Source: an uncultured Gammaproteobacteria bacterium
Lineage (GTDB): Bacteria; Patescibacteriota; Microgenomatia; UBA8517
Length of the DNA: 64,000 nt
NCBI GenBank assembly: GCA_964617045.1
Contig: CAZTVZ010000003.1
Location: forward strand, 32,257 to 96,256
Reading direction: 5' to 3'
Position 1 is the first letter of the stretch, and the number at the start of each line of letters is the position of its first letter. The notes below the pieces were generated by a model. That model was not told the DNA's origin and searched no databases. It saw only the letters and a list, made by a program, of their open reading frames with translations. A program made the translations under genes and the position numbers. Below are positions 44,597-53,285 of the stretch, piece by piece.

Positions 44597-46099
44597 ATGA
44601 ATAAACTTCGGGAACACTTGAATTTAATAATTGGAAAAACACAAATACCAAAGTGGTTGGCCATACTGCTTGGAATAATAATTGTTCTTAGAATCCCCTC
44701 TCTTTTTGAACCTTTTTACTATGGTGACGAAACAATATATCTGACTTTGGGAAACGGAATAAAAAAAGGGCTAGTCCTCTATCAACAAATATATGACAAC
44801 AAACCTCCCCTTCTTTATCTGACTGCGGCAATCGCAGGGAATGTTTTTTGGTTTAAAGCAATCCTTCTTCTTTGGAATATGATTACGGTAACTATCTTCT
44901 GGCATTTATCTAAGTTATTCTTTTCGGGTAAAGAAAAAATTATAAAAATAGCAACAATAATTTTCGGCGTTCTAACATCCATACCTATGTTTGAAGGAAA
45001 TATTGCCAATGCCGAATTATTCATGATTGGTCCAATTATTTTAGCCATATTTCTTCTTTTTAAAGAAAAATCTTCCTGGATTAACAAATTAATTGCGGGT
45101 GTTCTTTTTGCAATTGCAGCACTTTATAAAATGCCCGCAGCATTTGATTTACCTGCAATCATTGTCTTTTGGCTTATCACGAACGGTTTTACAAAGGAAG
45201 GTATTAAAAAATCCTTAAAGGACACCTTACTACTGCTGATTGGGTTTGCTATTCCGCTGATCGGTTCCTTTATTTATTTCTTCTTCAAAGGTGCAGTTTT
45301 GGATTATTTGTTTGCTGCCTATTTGCAAAACTTCGGTTATTTATCCAGCTGGAGAGAGGGTTCACAAGGCGGATCACTTCTTAATAATCTTCCTCTTATT
45401 ATTAGAGGTTCAATTGTTATTGCTGGAATCTTAGTTTTGTATATTAAAAGAAAAATTTTATCCAAAGAATTTCTGTTTATTTGTATTTGGCTGCTATTCG
45501 GACTTTTTGCCGTTGCTCTTTCCGAAAGACCATATCCGCATTACTTAATTCAAGTTGTTCCGGAAATATCTCTCCTTTTGGGAATCCTTATTGCCGATAA
45601 AACAATAAAACAAAGTCTTGTTGTTATTCCCTTACTCTTAGCGTTTTCCGTACCGGTAATCTACAAGTTCTGGTATTATCCCTCAACTTCCTACTATGCC
45701 AAGTTTATTAAATTTTCTTTAGGAATAAAAAACAGAGCCGAATACTTTTCTTCATTTGGGAAATATGTTAATCATAATTACGAGCTAGCCGATTTTATTG
45801 GAAATGCCACAGCCCCTGACGAAAAGATATTTGTTTGGGGTCCAGAAAGTCCAAACATCTATTCTCTCTCCAGAAGACTTCCGCCATCGAAATACGTTGC
45901 CGATTATCACTTTTTCGATTATGCCGACATGAAGAAAGAAGCAGACATCATAATCAATGCAAAGCCTTCATTTATTATCGTTCTTTCCAACTCCAGACCC
46001 TATCCAGAACTTACTTCCCAAATAAAGAAACATTATTATCAAATATCCGACACTAACGGTTCGGAAATATGGAGAATAAGAAGAATACCTCTAAAATAA
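44597..46099 (+). CDS. GT-C family glycosyltransferase (PMT/ArnT-like, GT39/GT83-type)
   Basis: 500 aa and polytopic. The first-loop motif FEPFYYGDETIYL is a DE motif. A C-terminal soluble domain is present. Confidence 0.6.
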   Translation: MNKLREHLNLIIGKTQIPKWLAILLGIIIVLRIPSLFEPFYYGDETIYLTLGNGIKKGLVLYQQIYDNKPPLLYLTAAIAGNVFWFKAILLLWNMITVTIFWHLSKLFFSGKEKIIKIATIIFGVLTSIPMFEGNIANAELFMIGPIILAIFLLFKEKSSWINKLIAGVLFAIAALYKMPAAFDLPAIIVFWLITNGFTKEGIKKSLKDTLLLLIGFAIPLIGSFIYFFFKGAVLDYLFAAYLQNFGYLSSWREGSQGGSLLNNLPLIIRGSIVIAGILVLYIKRKILSKEFLFICIWLLFGLFAVALSERPYPHYLIQVVPEISLLLGILIADKTIKQSLVVIPLLLAFSVPVIYKFWYYPSTSYYAKFIKFSLGIKNRAEYFSSFGKYVNHNYELADFIGNATAPDEKIFVWGPESPNIYSLSRRLPPSKYVADYHFFDYADMKKEADIIINAKPSFIIVLSNSRPYPELTSQIKKHYYQISDTNGSEIWRIRRIPLK

Positions 46100-46136
46100 T
46101 TGTCAGTCGAACTCACTTAGAGTAAAATTACGCAAG

Positions 46137-46496
46137 ATGAAGTTTCCTTCTAAACAATTTATTGATACAAAAAAGCTACCCTTTTTGACTTACATCTATG
46201 CCGCATCGATTATTAATATTTTAATTATCGGAACTACTTTTCTCATCCAGAATTTACTTCCTCCAGAAATACCTCTCTATTACGGACTAGCCGAAGGGCA
46301 AGAACAAATAGCTAAATCCATATTTCTGTTTGTTCCCAATTCGATTTCTCTGTTGATATTAATAATAAATTCCGCAATAGCCTCTTATATTAAACAGGAT
46401 TATTATAAAAAAATACTAATTGTCGCGGGATTAATATCAACCTTTTTCGCATCAATCACAGTATTTAAAATAGTGTTTTTGGTCGGAAGTTTCTAA
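46137..46496 (+). CDS. small polytopic membrane protein (hypothetical; possible accessory subunit of the glycosylation cluster)
   Basis: 119 aa with 3-4 TMs. Confidence 0.35.
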   Translation: MKFPSKQFIDTKKLPFLTYIYAASIINILIIGTTFLIQNLLPPEIPLYYGLAEGQEQIAKSIFLFVPNSISLLILIINSAIASYIKQDYYKKILIVAGLISTFFASITVFKIVFLVGSF

Positions 46497-46498
46497 AC

Positions 46499-47575
46499 AT
46501 GGACAACTTTAAAATATTATCTTTCTGGCCGGGTATTGTTGGTGCTGCTATCTCTTTCGCACTTACCCCTATTGCAATAAAAATTGCGAACAAGTTCGGC
46601 TTGATTGACGATCCAAATAAAAACAAGCATGAAAAAGTGATCCATACTTATCCAATTCCAAGAGGAGGAGGAATGGCCATTTTTGCTTCAATTTTAATTG
46701 CTTCCATCATCTTCCTTCCCTTAGATAAACACATGCAGGGGATTCTTCTTGGAGCAACAATTATTGCAATCATGGGTTTTCTGGATGATAAATACAATTT
46801 GAACCCTTATCTGCGTTTGGGATTGGGAGCGTTGGCCGCATTAATGCCAATCGCTTCCGGAATCGGAATAGCTTTTCTTTCAAATCCATTAGGCGGAATA
46901 ATCGATCTTTCTCAACCCCAACTGACATTTAATCTATTGGGTGAAACAAGAAGCCTTTGGTTACTGTCAGATTTGTTTGCCTTACTCTGGATTGTATTTA
47001 TGATGAACATGCTCAACATGGGGGCCAAAGGTATAGATGGACAGCTGACTGGGGTTGTTGTTGTTGCAGCCGCAACAATTGCCGCTCTTTCCATGAAATT
47101 TTCGGCAGACATCACTCAATGGCCCGTAATAATTCTCGCTTCCATTATGTCGGGTGCATATTTGGGGTTTTTACCTTGGCACGTATACCCTCAAAAAATA
47201 ATGCCCAGTTATGGTGGTGCCACGCTTGCCGGGTATCTTCTGGCGGTTCTTTCTATTCTATCCACCACCAAAGTAGGCACTCTTATCATTGTCCTGGGGG
47301 TTCCCCTTGTGGACACGGGTTATGTAATAGTCAGGAGAATATTATCAGGCAAATCCCCTGTTTGGGGAGACAGAGGCCATTTGCATCATAAATTGTTGGA
47401 TATTGGTTGGAGCAAGCCTATGGTTGCAATATTTTATTGGACCATTACATTAATCCTTGGAGTGATTGCTTTATATTTGAATACCCCAAATAAGTTATAT
47501 ACAATTGTCGGAGTAGCAATATTTGTAGGAGGATTAATTTTGTGGCTAACTTACCATCCCAAATCATCAAAATAA
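46499..47575 (+). CDS. polyprenol-phosphate N-acetylhexosamine-1-phosphate transferase (GT4, WecA/TagO-like)
   Basis: Shows GLIDDPNKNKHEKVIHTYPIPRGGGMAI, the DDKYNL and NMxNxxDGxDGQ regions, and a C-terminal GHLHHKLL. Confidence 0.8.
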   Translation: MDNFKILSFWPGIVGAAISFALTPIAIKIANKFGLIDDPNKNKHEKVIHTYPIPRGGGMAIFASILIASIIFLPLDKHMQGILLGATIIAIMGFLDDKYNLNPYLRLGLGALAALMPIASGIGIAFLSNPLGGIIDLSQPQLTFNLLGETRSLWLLSDLFALLWIVFMMNMLNMGAKGIDGQLTGVVVVAAATIAALSMKFSADITQWPVIILASIMSGAYLGFLPWHVYPQKIMPSYGGATLAGYLLAVLSILSTTKVGTLIIVLGVPLVDTGYVIVRRILSGKSPVWGDRGHLHHKLLDIGWSKPMVAIFYWTITLILGVIALYLNTPNKLYTIVGVAIFVGGLILWLTYHPKSSK

Positions 47576-48477
47576 CAAGACCTCTTCACTGGATAAAAAA
47601 TTTGTCGCTATTTGCGGCAATTCTATTTACGGGTGAATTGTATAACCCGATTCTTTTTTGGAAAGTATTTTGGGCTTTTATAGCCTTCAACTTTGCAACA
47701 TCCGCAACATATGTTTTTAATGACATACTGGATGTAAAGGTTGATAGACTTCATCCGATTAAAAAGAACAGACCAATCGCTTCAGGAAAAATGTCTATTC
47801 CCGTTGCAATCGCACTATCTCTCGGATTATCTTTGGCTTCTCTTTATCTTGCTGTTAATTTAAATTCCTTATTCTTTTTTATGGTTCTTTCTTATCTTGC
47901 AATTCAAATCCTATACAGCTTGGGTCTTAAAAAAGTACCTATCGTAGATATTCTTATCATTGCTTTCGGCTTTATTATGAGAGTATATTCAGGAGCTTTC
48001 GTTATTGATGCCCATCTTTCCGTTTGGTTTTTGCTGTGTGTAATTTCCGTAGCTCTGTTTTTGGCTTCAGGAAAAAGAAGAGCTGAACTTAATATTATTC
48101 AAAAAACAACAGTTGTCACAAGAGAAAGTTTAACAAAATACGACACCGAGCTTCTGAATTCTTTCGTCACGATGTTTGGAAGTGCAGCATGGTTGTCCTG
48201 GTCTCTTTTTTCATTTTTTGAATCACCAACAGCATCAACTCCCCTTTGGCTGTTGCTTTCGGAAATTTCGAAAACAACAACAATAAATAAATTAATGATG
48301 ATTACTATTCCAATTGTTATTTTTGGAATAATGAGATATCAAAGCCTTATCTTTAGAGGAAAAAGCGAAGCACCCGAAAAAGTACTCCTTACGGACAAAT
48401 CTCTTGTTATTTCTGTTCTCCTATGGCTTGGTTTGGTTATCTTCGTTCTATATGGCGGCATTGCCGCAGATTTTTAA
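47542..48477 (+). CDS. UbiA-family prenyltransferase, decaprenyl-phosphate 5-phosphoribosyltransferase-like
   Basis: The N-terminus is RPLHWIKNLSLFAAI. FNDILDVKVDRLHPIKKNRPIASG is the NDxxDxxxD motif. It overlaps the GT4 gene by 34 nt. Confidence 0.75.
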   Translation: MANLPSQIIKITRPLHWIKNLSLFAAILFTGELYNPILFWKVFWAFIAFNFATSATYVFNDILDVKVDRLHPIKKNRPIASGKMSIPVAIALSLGLSLASLYLAVNLNSLFFFMVLSYLAIQILYSLGLKKVPIVDILIIAFGFIMRVYSGAFVIDAHLSVWFLLCVISVALFLASGKRRAELNIIQKTTVVTRESLTKYDTELLNSFVTMFGSAAWLSWSLFSFFESPTASTPLWLLLSEISKTTTINKLMMITIPIVIFGIMRYQSLIFRGKSEAPEKVLLTDKSLVISVLLWLGLVIFVLYGGIAADF

Positions 48478-49394
48478 TTCGTTTCCGAGGTAATCGAAGG
48501 GGTAGGAGAAATCAATACGTCTTCAATGATTCTACTATAAAGATTTGATACCCAACCTTCTTTCCCATCCATGTATTCAATTCTATACCAACCCGTTCCC
48601 GAATCTGTTTCCAAATATCGGAATCTTTCTCCAGGTTTTGCTTCTGCCAATAATTCTCCCGAAGCGGATGGCGTAGCCCTTATTCTCAGATATCCTGTTG
48701 GTGTTTCTTGTATCTCGACAACCGTAACTTTTACTTCCTCTGTAACCGTAGGTGTGGGAGTAGCAAGAACATCTCCGGTTGGAGCAAGTTTAATAACAGC
48801 GGTCAATTTATACCCCTCAATCAAGTTAATTTCCATTACTCTTTCCGTATATCCAGGAGAGAACACTTTCAGTTCATGCTTACCGGGTCCAAAAAGAGTA
48901 CTTTTGTGGGGGGAAAAACCTACCGACTTTCCGTCTACAAATACGGGCACGTTGTTGGGTCTTGAGATAACTGCTAGGCTTGTTTCTTTTCCCGGCGCTT
49001 TTTCAAATGAAATAATTGCTCCTTCAGAGGATTCTTCTGTTTCACCAAACTTGTATTCAATTATTGTTTGGATTTTCGAGCTCAGTCGAACCCTTGTTTC
49101 ATACGGAACAAGAAGTTTATCAGTCGTTTGTGGCACTAACTTAACAATCAAATCTCCACTTTTCAATTCAGCCTTATATGGTGTTTGCCCAACCATTTCA
49201 CCATTTATATATACAGTCGAAATAGGTTCGGAATTAACACTGATTCCGGCATTGGGTTTTCTGGCGGATGAACCCATTATATAAAGGCCGATTGAAGAAA
49301 GAATCAAAAAGGTGCCTATACCAATAAGGATGGGTTTAAGTTTATTCATCAGCAGGGGAAGTTTATCATGGCCATATTTACCTAGGCAAGGCAA
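48474..49394 (-). CDS. membrane-anchored PEGA-domain + SH3b-domain protein
   Basis: Has two PEGA-like units (VYINGEMVGQTPY, VFVDGKSVGFSP). The C-terminal domain GYLRIRATPSASGELLAEAKPGERFRYL...GWYRIEY is a bacterial SH3. The likely start is the Met at residue 16. Confidence 0.55.
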   Translation of the reverse strand: MPCLGKYGHDKLPLLMNKLKPILIGIGTFLILSSIGLYIMGSSARKPNAGISVNSEPISTVYINGEMVGQTPYKAELKSGDLIVKLVPQTTDKLLVPYETRVRLSSKIQTIIEYKFGETEESSEGAIISFEKAPGKETSLAVISRPNNVPVFVDGKSVGFSPHKSTLFGPGKHELKVFSPGYTERVMEINLIEGYKLTAVIKLAPTGDVLATPTPTVTEEVKVTVVEIQETPTGYLRIRATPSASGELLAEAKPGERFRYLETDSGTGWYRIEYMDGKEGWVSNLYSRIIEDVLISPTPSITSETN

Positions 49395-49446
49395 CCTCTT
49401 TTGAAGATTAGGTTCAAATGATTTAAAATAAGCCTTACCAAGTTGT

Positions 49447-49518
49447 GGCCTGGTGGTGAAGTGGAAACACGGCTGTCTGCAAAACAGCTATGCGCGGGTT
49501 CGATTCCCGCCCAGGCCT
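49447..49518 (+). tRNA. tRNA-Cys (anticodon GCA)
   Basis: The sequence is GGCCTGGTGGTGAAGTGGAAACACGGCTGTCTGCAAAACAGCTATGCGCGGGTTCGATTCCCGCCCAGGCCT. The acceptor stem is a 7-bp GGCCTGG/CCAGGCC pair. The anticodon stem-loop is GCTGT-CTGCAAA-ACAGC and the T arm GCGGG-TTCGATT-CCCGC. CCA is not encoded. Confidence 0.85.
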
Positions 49519-50389
49519 CACAGATTTAACCTTTTTTTAAGCTCCAATCCGTATTCTTTGCTTTTCAAGGCAAATTGCATTATTGCTTCCAGGTATCCAA
49601 TTTTACTCCCCGTGTCATAATACTTGGCGTTGGATAATTCCAAAGCATAGCACTTCCCTTTGCCTGCCATTAGCATTCTGTCAATTGCATCCAGATAGCA
49701 AGGCTCTCTTCCTTCAACCTCTTTTATGGCCTTGGCAAAAAAGGGTTTAGCTTCCGGTGTAATCAAAAATCCAGACACTGTTGCGAGCTCACTCGGAGCC
49801 TTGCCCGGACCGGGTTTCTCAATAACGCTCTCGACATCCATTACATGCCCTGACACCATCTTGCCCTTAGCATATCCGTACTTGAGAGTATCTTCTTCTT
49901 TGCTGGTTCTGATTGCACCTAGAACGACGCCTCTATATTTGTCGTAAGCCTTGATTAATTGCTTAGCCCTGGAAGGTGAGGCTACAACGAAATCATCTCC
50001 CCAGAAGACCAAAAAAGGCTCGTTTCCAATATACTTGAGGCTGTTGTGGATAGGGACAGCATTACCGCTTTTACCTTTCTGTTTTATAAACCGAAAAGAG
50101 GCCAATTTCTCAATCTTTTTAAGGCTGTCCGCAATATCGGATTTCCCAGAATCTCTCAGAAGCTTGTCAAGCCTGGGGTTAGGCTTAAAATAGTTCTCCA
50201 GCACTTTTTTGTCTCCCTTTGTAACAATTATTATTTCTTCTATTCCTGCGTCAACCAATTCCTCGACAACAATCTGAATAATAGGCTTGTCTAAAACCGG
50301 GAGCATTTCTTTGGGTATTGTTTTTGTGATAGGAAGAAATCTGGTGCCAAAACCGGCTGCAGGGATAACTGCTTTTTTGACTTTCATTA
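49518..50389 (-). CDS. galU: UTP--glucose-1-phosphate uridylyltransferase (GalU)
   Basis: MKVKKAVIPAAGFGTRFLPITKTIPKEMLPVLDKPIIQ is the canonical GalU N-terminus. The six-frame ORF extends to 50630, but the conserved start is 50389, 9 nt after a TAAAAT -10 element. Confidence 0.9.
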
Positions 50390-50394
50390 GGCAC

Positions 50395-50423
50395 ATTTTA
50401 GCCTGAAAAGAGTCGTTTGCCAA
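50395..50423 (-). promoter_or_regulatory. sigma70-like promoter for galU (TTGGCA-17-TAAAAT), leaderless arrangement
   Basis: On the minus strand the -35 is at 50418-50423 and the -10 at 50395-50400. The ATG lies 6-9 nt downstream. Confidence 0.45.
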
Positions 50424-50435
50424 GACCCTCCAAAC

Positions 50436-50465
50436 TTGACTTTTCGGGTTTTTGTAGGGTATAAT
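50436..50465 (+). promoter_or_regulatory. sigma70-like promoter (TTGACT-18-TATAAT), divergent from the galU promoter
   Basis: The -35 is at 50436-50441 and the -10 at 50460-50465. Confidence 0.45.
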
Positions 50466-50471
50466 CGGCCA

Positions 50472-50612
50472 CTCGCTAAAAAGCGAGTTTTTTGTGCTTA
50501 GCCTTAAACTAGGCTCAAAAGTATAGGCCTTGCCCAAGCTTAAAACTTGGGCATTGTTTTTCTTTGGATTTCCATTGAAAAGCCCCCCTTGCGGGCTGCC
50601 GAGGCAAGGGAT
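50472..50612 (+). ncRNA. structured leader RNA upstream of the M23 peptidase gene (four successive hairpins, two with U-tracts)
   Basis: Four stem-loops are visible by eye. The first is CTCGCT-AAAA-AGCGAG followed by TTTTTTG (50472-50494). The second is AGCCT-TAAACT-AGGCT (about 50499-50514). The third is GCCCAAG-CTTAAAA-CTTGGGC followed by ATTGTTTTT (about 50532-50561). The fourth is CCTTGC-GGGCTGCCGAG-GCAAGG (50587-50609), directly before the ATG at 50614. Confidence 0.4.
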
Positions 50613-50613
50613 T

Positions 50614-51279
50614 ATGACTAAATTCAACATAAATCTGCCTAAATATCGCCTTCAAATCAATTTGATCAAGAGGCGAGCTTCCAATGAAGACAAACCTTTA
50701 CTTCCCGATCTTGATGAGATCAAAAATACGAAATCCGGAAGCAAGGTTTCTCGTTATTTCAGGCACATCTTTGAGCACAAAAACATTAAAAAAGTGCTTG
50801 GGGCAAACTTGGCTGTAGCCTTAATTGCCACATCTTTTGTACCTGGGAAAATTGACGTCGAGGCAAGTTCCGAAGCCTTTGTTATTGCCGAATCAAACGG
50901 ACCTTTCACCACAGAAAAGGTTGTACAGTATCCTGTGGAAAAAATCTCTATTACCCAAGGATTTAAAGTATTCCATCCCGGAATCGATCTTGACGGAATA
51001 ACCGGAGATCCGATCAAACCCATCAAAAAGGGTGTTGTTGAGGCTATAAGCAGATCTAAATATGCCTACGGAAACGCCATTATTATTAATCACGGAGGAA
51101 ATGTTACATCTTTATATGCTCATTTGAGCAAAATTTTGGTTGCCGAAGGTGACGAGGTCAATACCAACACAATTATTGGTGAAATGGGTGCCACTGGTAG
51201 ATCCTTTGGAGACCATTTGCACTTGGAAATCAGAGATAACGGCATTCCTGTTAATCCACTGTTGATTTTGCCTCGTTAA
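50614..51279 (+). CDS. M23 family metallopeptidase (LytM-domain peptidoglycan endopeptidase), membrane-anchored
   Basis: Shows HPGIDL, GNAIIINHGGNVTSLYAHL and GDHLHLEI (the HxxxD/HxH zinc motifs), with a TM at residues 60-77. The six-frame ORF starts at 50530, but that region is taken up by leader hairpins. Confidence 0.8.
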   Translation: MTKFNINLPKYRLQINLIKRRASNEDKPLLPDLDEIKNTKSGSKVSRYFRHIFEHKNIKKVLGANLAVALIATSFVPGKIDVEASSEAFVIAESNGPFTTEKVVQYPVEKISITQGFKVFHPGIDLDGITGDPIKPIKKGVVEAISRSKYAYGNAIIINHGGNVTSLYAHLSKILVAEGDEVNTNTIIGEMGATGRSFGDHLHLEIRDNGIPVNPLLILPR

Positions 51280-51281
51280 GA

Positions 51282-51299
51282 AACCTGTTAACCCAGGTT
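51282..51299. terminator. hairpin AACCTG-TTAACC-CAGGTT between convergent M23-peptidase and groEL genes (possible bidirectional terminator)
   Basis: A 6-bp perfect stem. There is no strong U-tract on either side. Confidence 0.25.
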
Positions 51300-51303
51300 A
51301 AGC

Positions 51304-52905
51304 TTACTGTTCGGGAAGTGTTTCTTTCTTCTCTTGGGGTATTTCGGTAACTAAGCCCTCAGTCGTTAAAACCATCATTGCTACGCTTGCGGCATTTTGA
51401 AGTGCTGATCTGGTTACTTTTAGTGGGTCCAAAATTCCGAACTTTGTCATTGAACCAAAATCGCCAGTTAAAGCATTATATCCATAATCCAAATCTTTGC
51501 TTTCCTCAATCTTTCTCAAAACATATCCATCATCTTCCCCTGCGTTTTTTGCCAACCATCTGATAGGTTGCTCAAGAGAGTATCTGACAATTTCAATCCC
51601 AATCTTTTCGTCTTCGTTCTCGGCCTTAACTTTTTCCAAAGCTTTCTTTGCCCTAAGAAGAGCCACTCCTCCGCCGGGAAGTATACCCTCTTCTATAGCT
51701 GCCTGCGTTGCCCCTACAGCATCTTTTACTCTTTCTTTTTTCTCGTTTAATTCAACTTCCGTTGCCGCTCCGACATTAATTTGTGCTACACCTCCTGTAA
51801 GTTTTGCCAATCTCTCCTGCAATTTTTCCCTATCGAAATCCGATTTTATTTCCTTAATCTGCGACTTAATTGCTGCAATTCTGGCATTTATTAAGTTCTT
51901 CTTTCCCATTCCCCCTACAATCCTTGCCCTCTCTTTATCGGCCCATACTTTATCGGCTCTTCCAAGTTCTTCGACCTCAACATCCTCAAATGTTTTACCC
52001 GCATCTTTGCTGACAATAACCCCTCCGGTTAGTATGGCTACATCCTCCAAAATTCCTCTTCTGGTGTCTCCAAACCCCGGAGCTTTTATCGCAAGAACAT
52101 TCAAAGTTCCTCTGAGTTTATTAACCACCAGGGTAGCAAGCGCTTCACCCTCAATTTCCTCTGCTATAATTACCAAGTTTTTACCTACTTTTACAAATTT
52201 CTCCAAAAAAGGAAGTATTTCACTGATGGCTGTTATGTTTTTATCGGTTATTAATATATAAGGATTGTCAATTTCCGCCTCCATTTTGTCAGGATTGGTA
52301 ACGAAATATGGAGAAAAATATCCTTTATCGAATTCCATTCCTTCTTTGTATTCGATATCGATCGTTAGTCCTTTTCCGTCTTCAACGGTAACAACCCTGT
52401 CTTCTTTTCCTAAAGCTTCTGCGATCTTTGCTCCTATCTCGGAATCACCCGCAGAAACAGTGGCAACCTGTGTTATTTCTTCTCTGTTCTTAATGGGTTT
52501 TCCGATTCTTTTAAGTTCTTCCACAACCGCAGAAACAGCTTTTTCCATTCCTTTTTTCAATATCATTGGATTTGCTCCAGCAGTAACATTTTTCATTCCC
52601 ATTTCGGTCATTTCTCTGGCCAAAAGAGTGGCCGTTGTCGTTCCGTCACCGGCATTGTCATTGGTTTTGCTGGCAGCTTCCTTAACAATTTGTGCCCCCA
52701 TGTTTTCAAAAGGGTCGGGGAGTTCAATTTCTTTTGCAACAGAAACTCCATCATGTACTATTGTTGGAGCTCCCCATTTTCTATCCAAAGCAATATTTCT
52801 TCCTTTAGGTCCAAGGGTTGTTACAACTGCTTTGGCAACAACCTGAATACCATTTAAGAGAGCTTGCCTTGCATCTTCCGAAAATTTAAGCTGTTTTGGT
52901 GTCAT
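51304..52905 (-). CDS. groL: chaperonin GroEL (Hsp60)
   Basis: MTPKQLKFSEDARQALLNGIQVVAKAVVTTLGPKGRNIALDRKWGAPTIVHDGVSVAKEIEL. The protein is 533 aa. Confidence 0.95.
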   Translation of the reverse strand: MTPKQLKFSEDARQALLNGIQVVAKAVVTTLGPKGRNIALDRKWGAPTIVHDGVSVAKEIELPDPFENMGAQIVKEAASKTNDNAGDGTTTATLLAREMTEMGMKNVTAGANPMILKKGMEKAVSAVVEELKRIGKPIKNREEITQVATVSAGDSEIGAKIAEALGKEDRVVTVEDGKGLTIDIEYKEGMEFDKGYFSPYFVTNPDKMEAEIDNPYILITDKNITAISEILPFLEKFVKVGKNLVIIAEEIEGEALATLVVNKLRGTLNVLAIKAPGFGDTRRGILEDVAILTGGVIVSKDAGKTFEDVEVEELGRADKVWADKERARIVGGMGKKNLINARIAAIKSQIKEIKSDFDREKLQERLAKLTGGVAQINVGAATEVELNEKKERVKDAVGATQAAIEEGILPGGGVALLRAKKALEKVKAENEDEKIGIEIVRYSLEQPIRWLAKNAGEDDGYVLRKIEESKDLDYGYNALTGDFGSMTKFGILDPLKVTRSALQNAASVAMMVLTTEGLVTEIPQEKKETLPEQ

Positions 52906-53210
52906 TTTATTACTCCTAATATTTCCTCAAACTTTGCAAAAAGATATTCTTTTCCTTCAAACTTGATCTTATTTCCGCTCCATTCTTTGTAAAAGACCTT
53001 ATCACCTTTTTTTACGGGAGATTTGTTTTCGTTCCCGTCTTCTCTTGAAGAATCTCCAACTTCAATAACAAGTCCCATTGTGGGTTTTTCTTTTGCATTG
53101 TCGGGGAGATATATTCCTGATGAGGTTTTTGTTTGCGCTTCAAGAGGTTCCAAAAGCACATATCCCGGAGTGGGAATAATATTTATTTTATTTTCTTTTT
53201 TGCTTTTCAT
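52902..53210 (-). CDS. groS: co-chaperonin GroES (Hsp10)
   Basis: INIIPTPGYVLLEPLEAQTKTSSGIYLPD...GDKVFYKEWSGNKIKFEGKEYLFAKFEEILGVI. It overlaps the groEL start by 4 nt. Confidence 0.9.
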   Translation of the reverse strand: MKSKKENKINIIPTPGYVLLEPLEAQTKTSSGIYLPDNAKEKPTMGLVIEVGDSSREDGNENKSPVKKGDKVFYKEWSGNKIKFEGKEYLFAKFEEILGVIK

Positions 53211-53214
53211 CTGG

Positions 53215-53268
53215 TTAGCAAATTAGCTTAGTGAGTGCTATTTTAGCCAGGGTTTTTTCAATTGTCAA
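53215..53268 (-). promoter_or_regulatory. groESL promoter (TTGACA-17-TAAAAT) with a CIRCE-like operator immediately downstream
   Basis: On the minus strand the -35 is at 53263-53268 and the -10 at 53240-53245. The CIRCE-like ATAGCACTC-N9-ATTTGCTAA lies at 53215-53241 and ends 4 nt before the groES ATG. Confidence 0.6.
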
Positions 53269-53285
53269 TAGTTTTAATTAAGAAG

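Noticed and set aside
50472-50494. Hairpin + U-tract read as the intrinsic terminator of an upstream plus-strand gene.
   Set aside because: There is no co-directional gene upstream, since galU is on the minus strand. It sits immediately downstream of a promoter-like element. I treated it as part of a structured leader instead.
49518-50630. Long N-terminal extensions in the six-frame ORFs: galU to 50630, ruvX to 1908, the M23 peptidase from 50530, VanW from 55486, rpsT from 24749 and rpsO to 15547.
   Set aside because: Conserved N-termini ([39 protein letters not shown]) start at internal Mets. The extensions run through promoters or hairpins, or into neighbouring genes.
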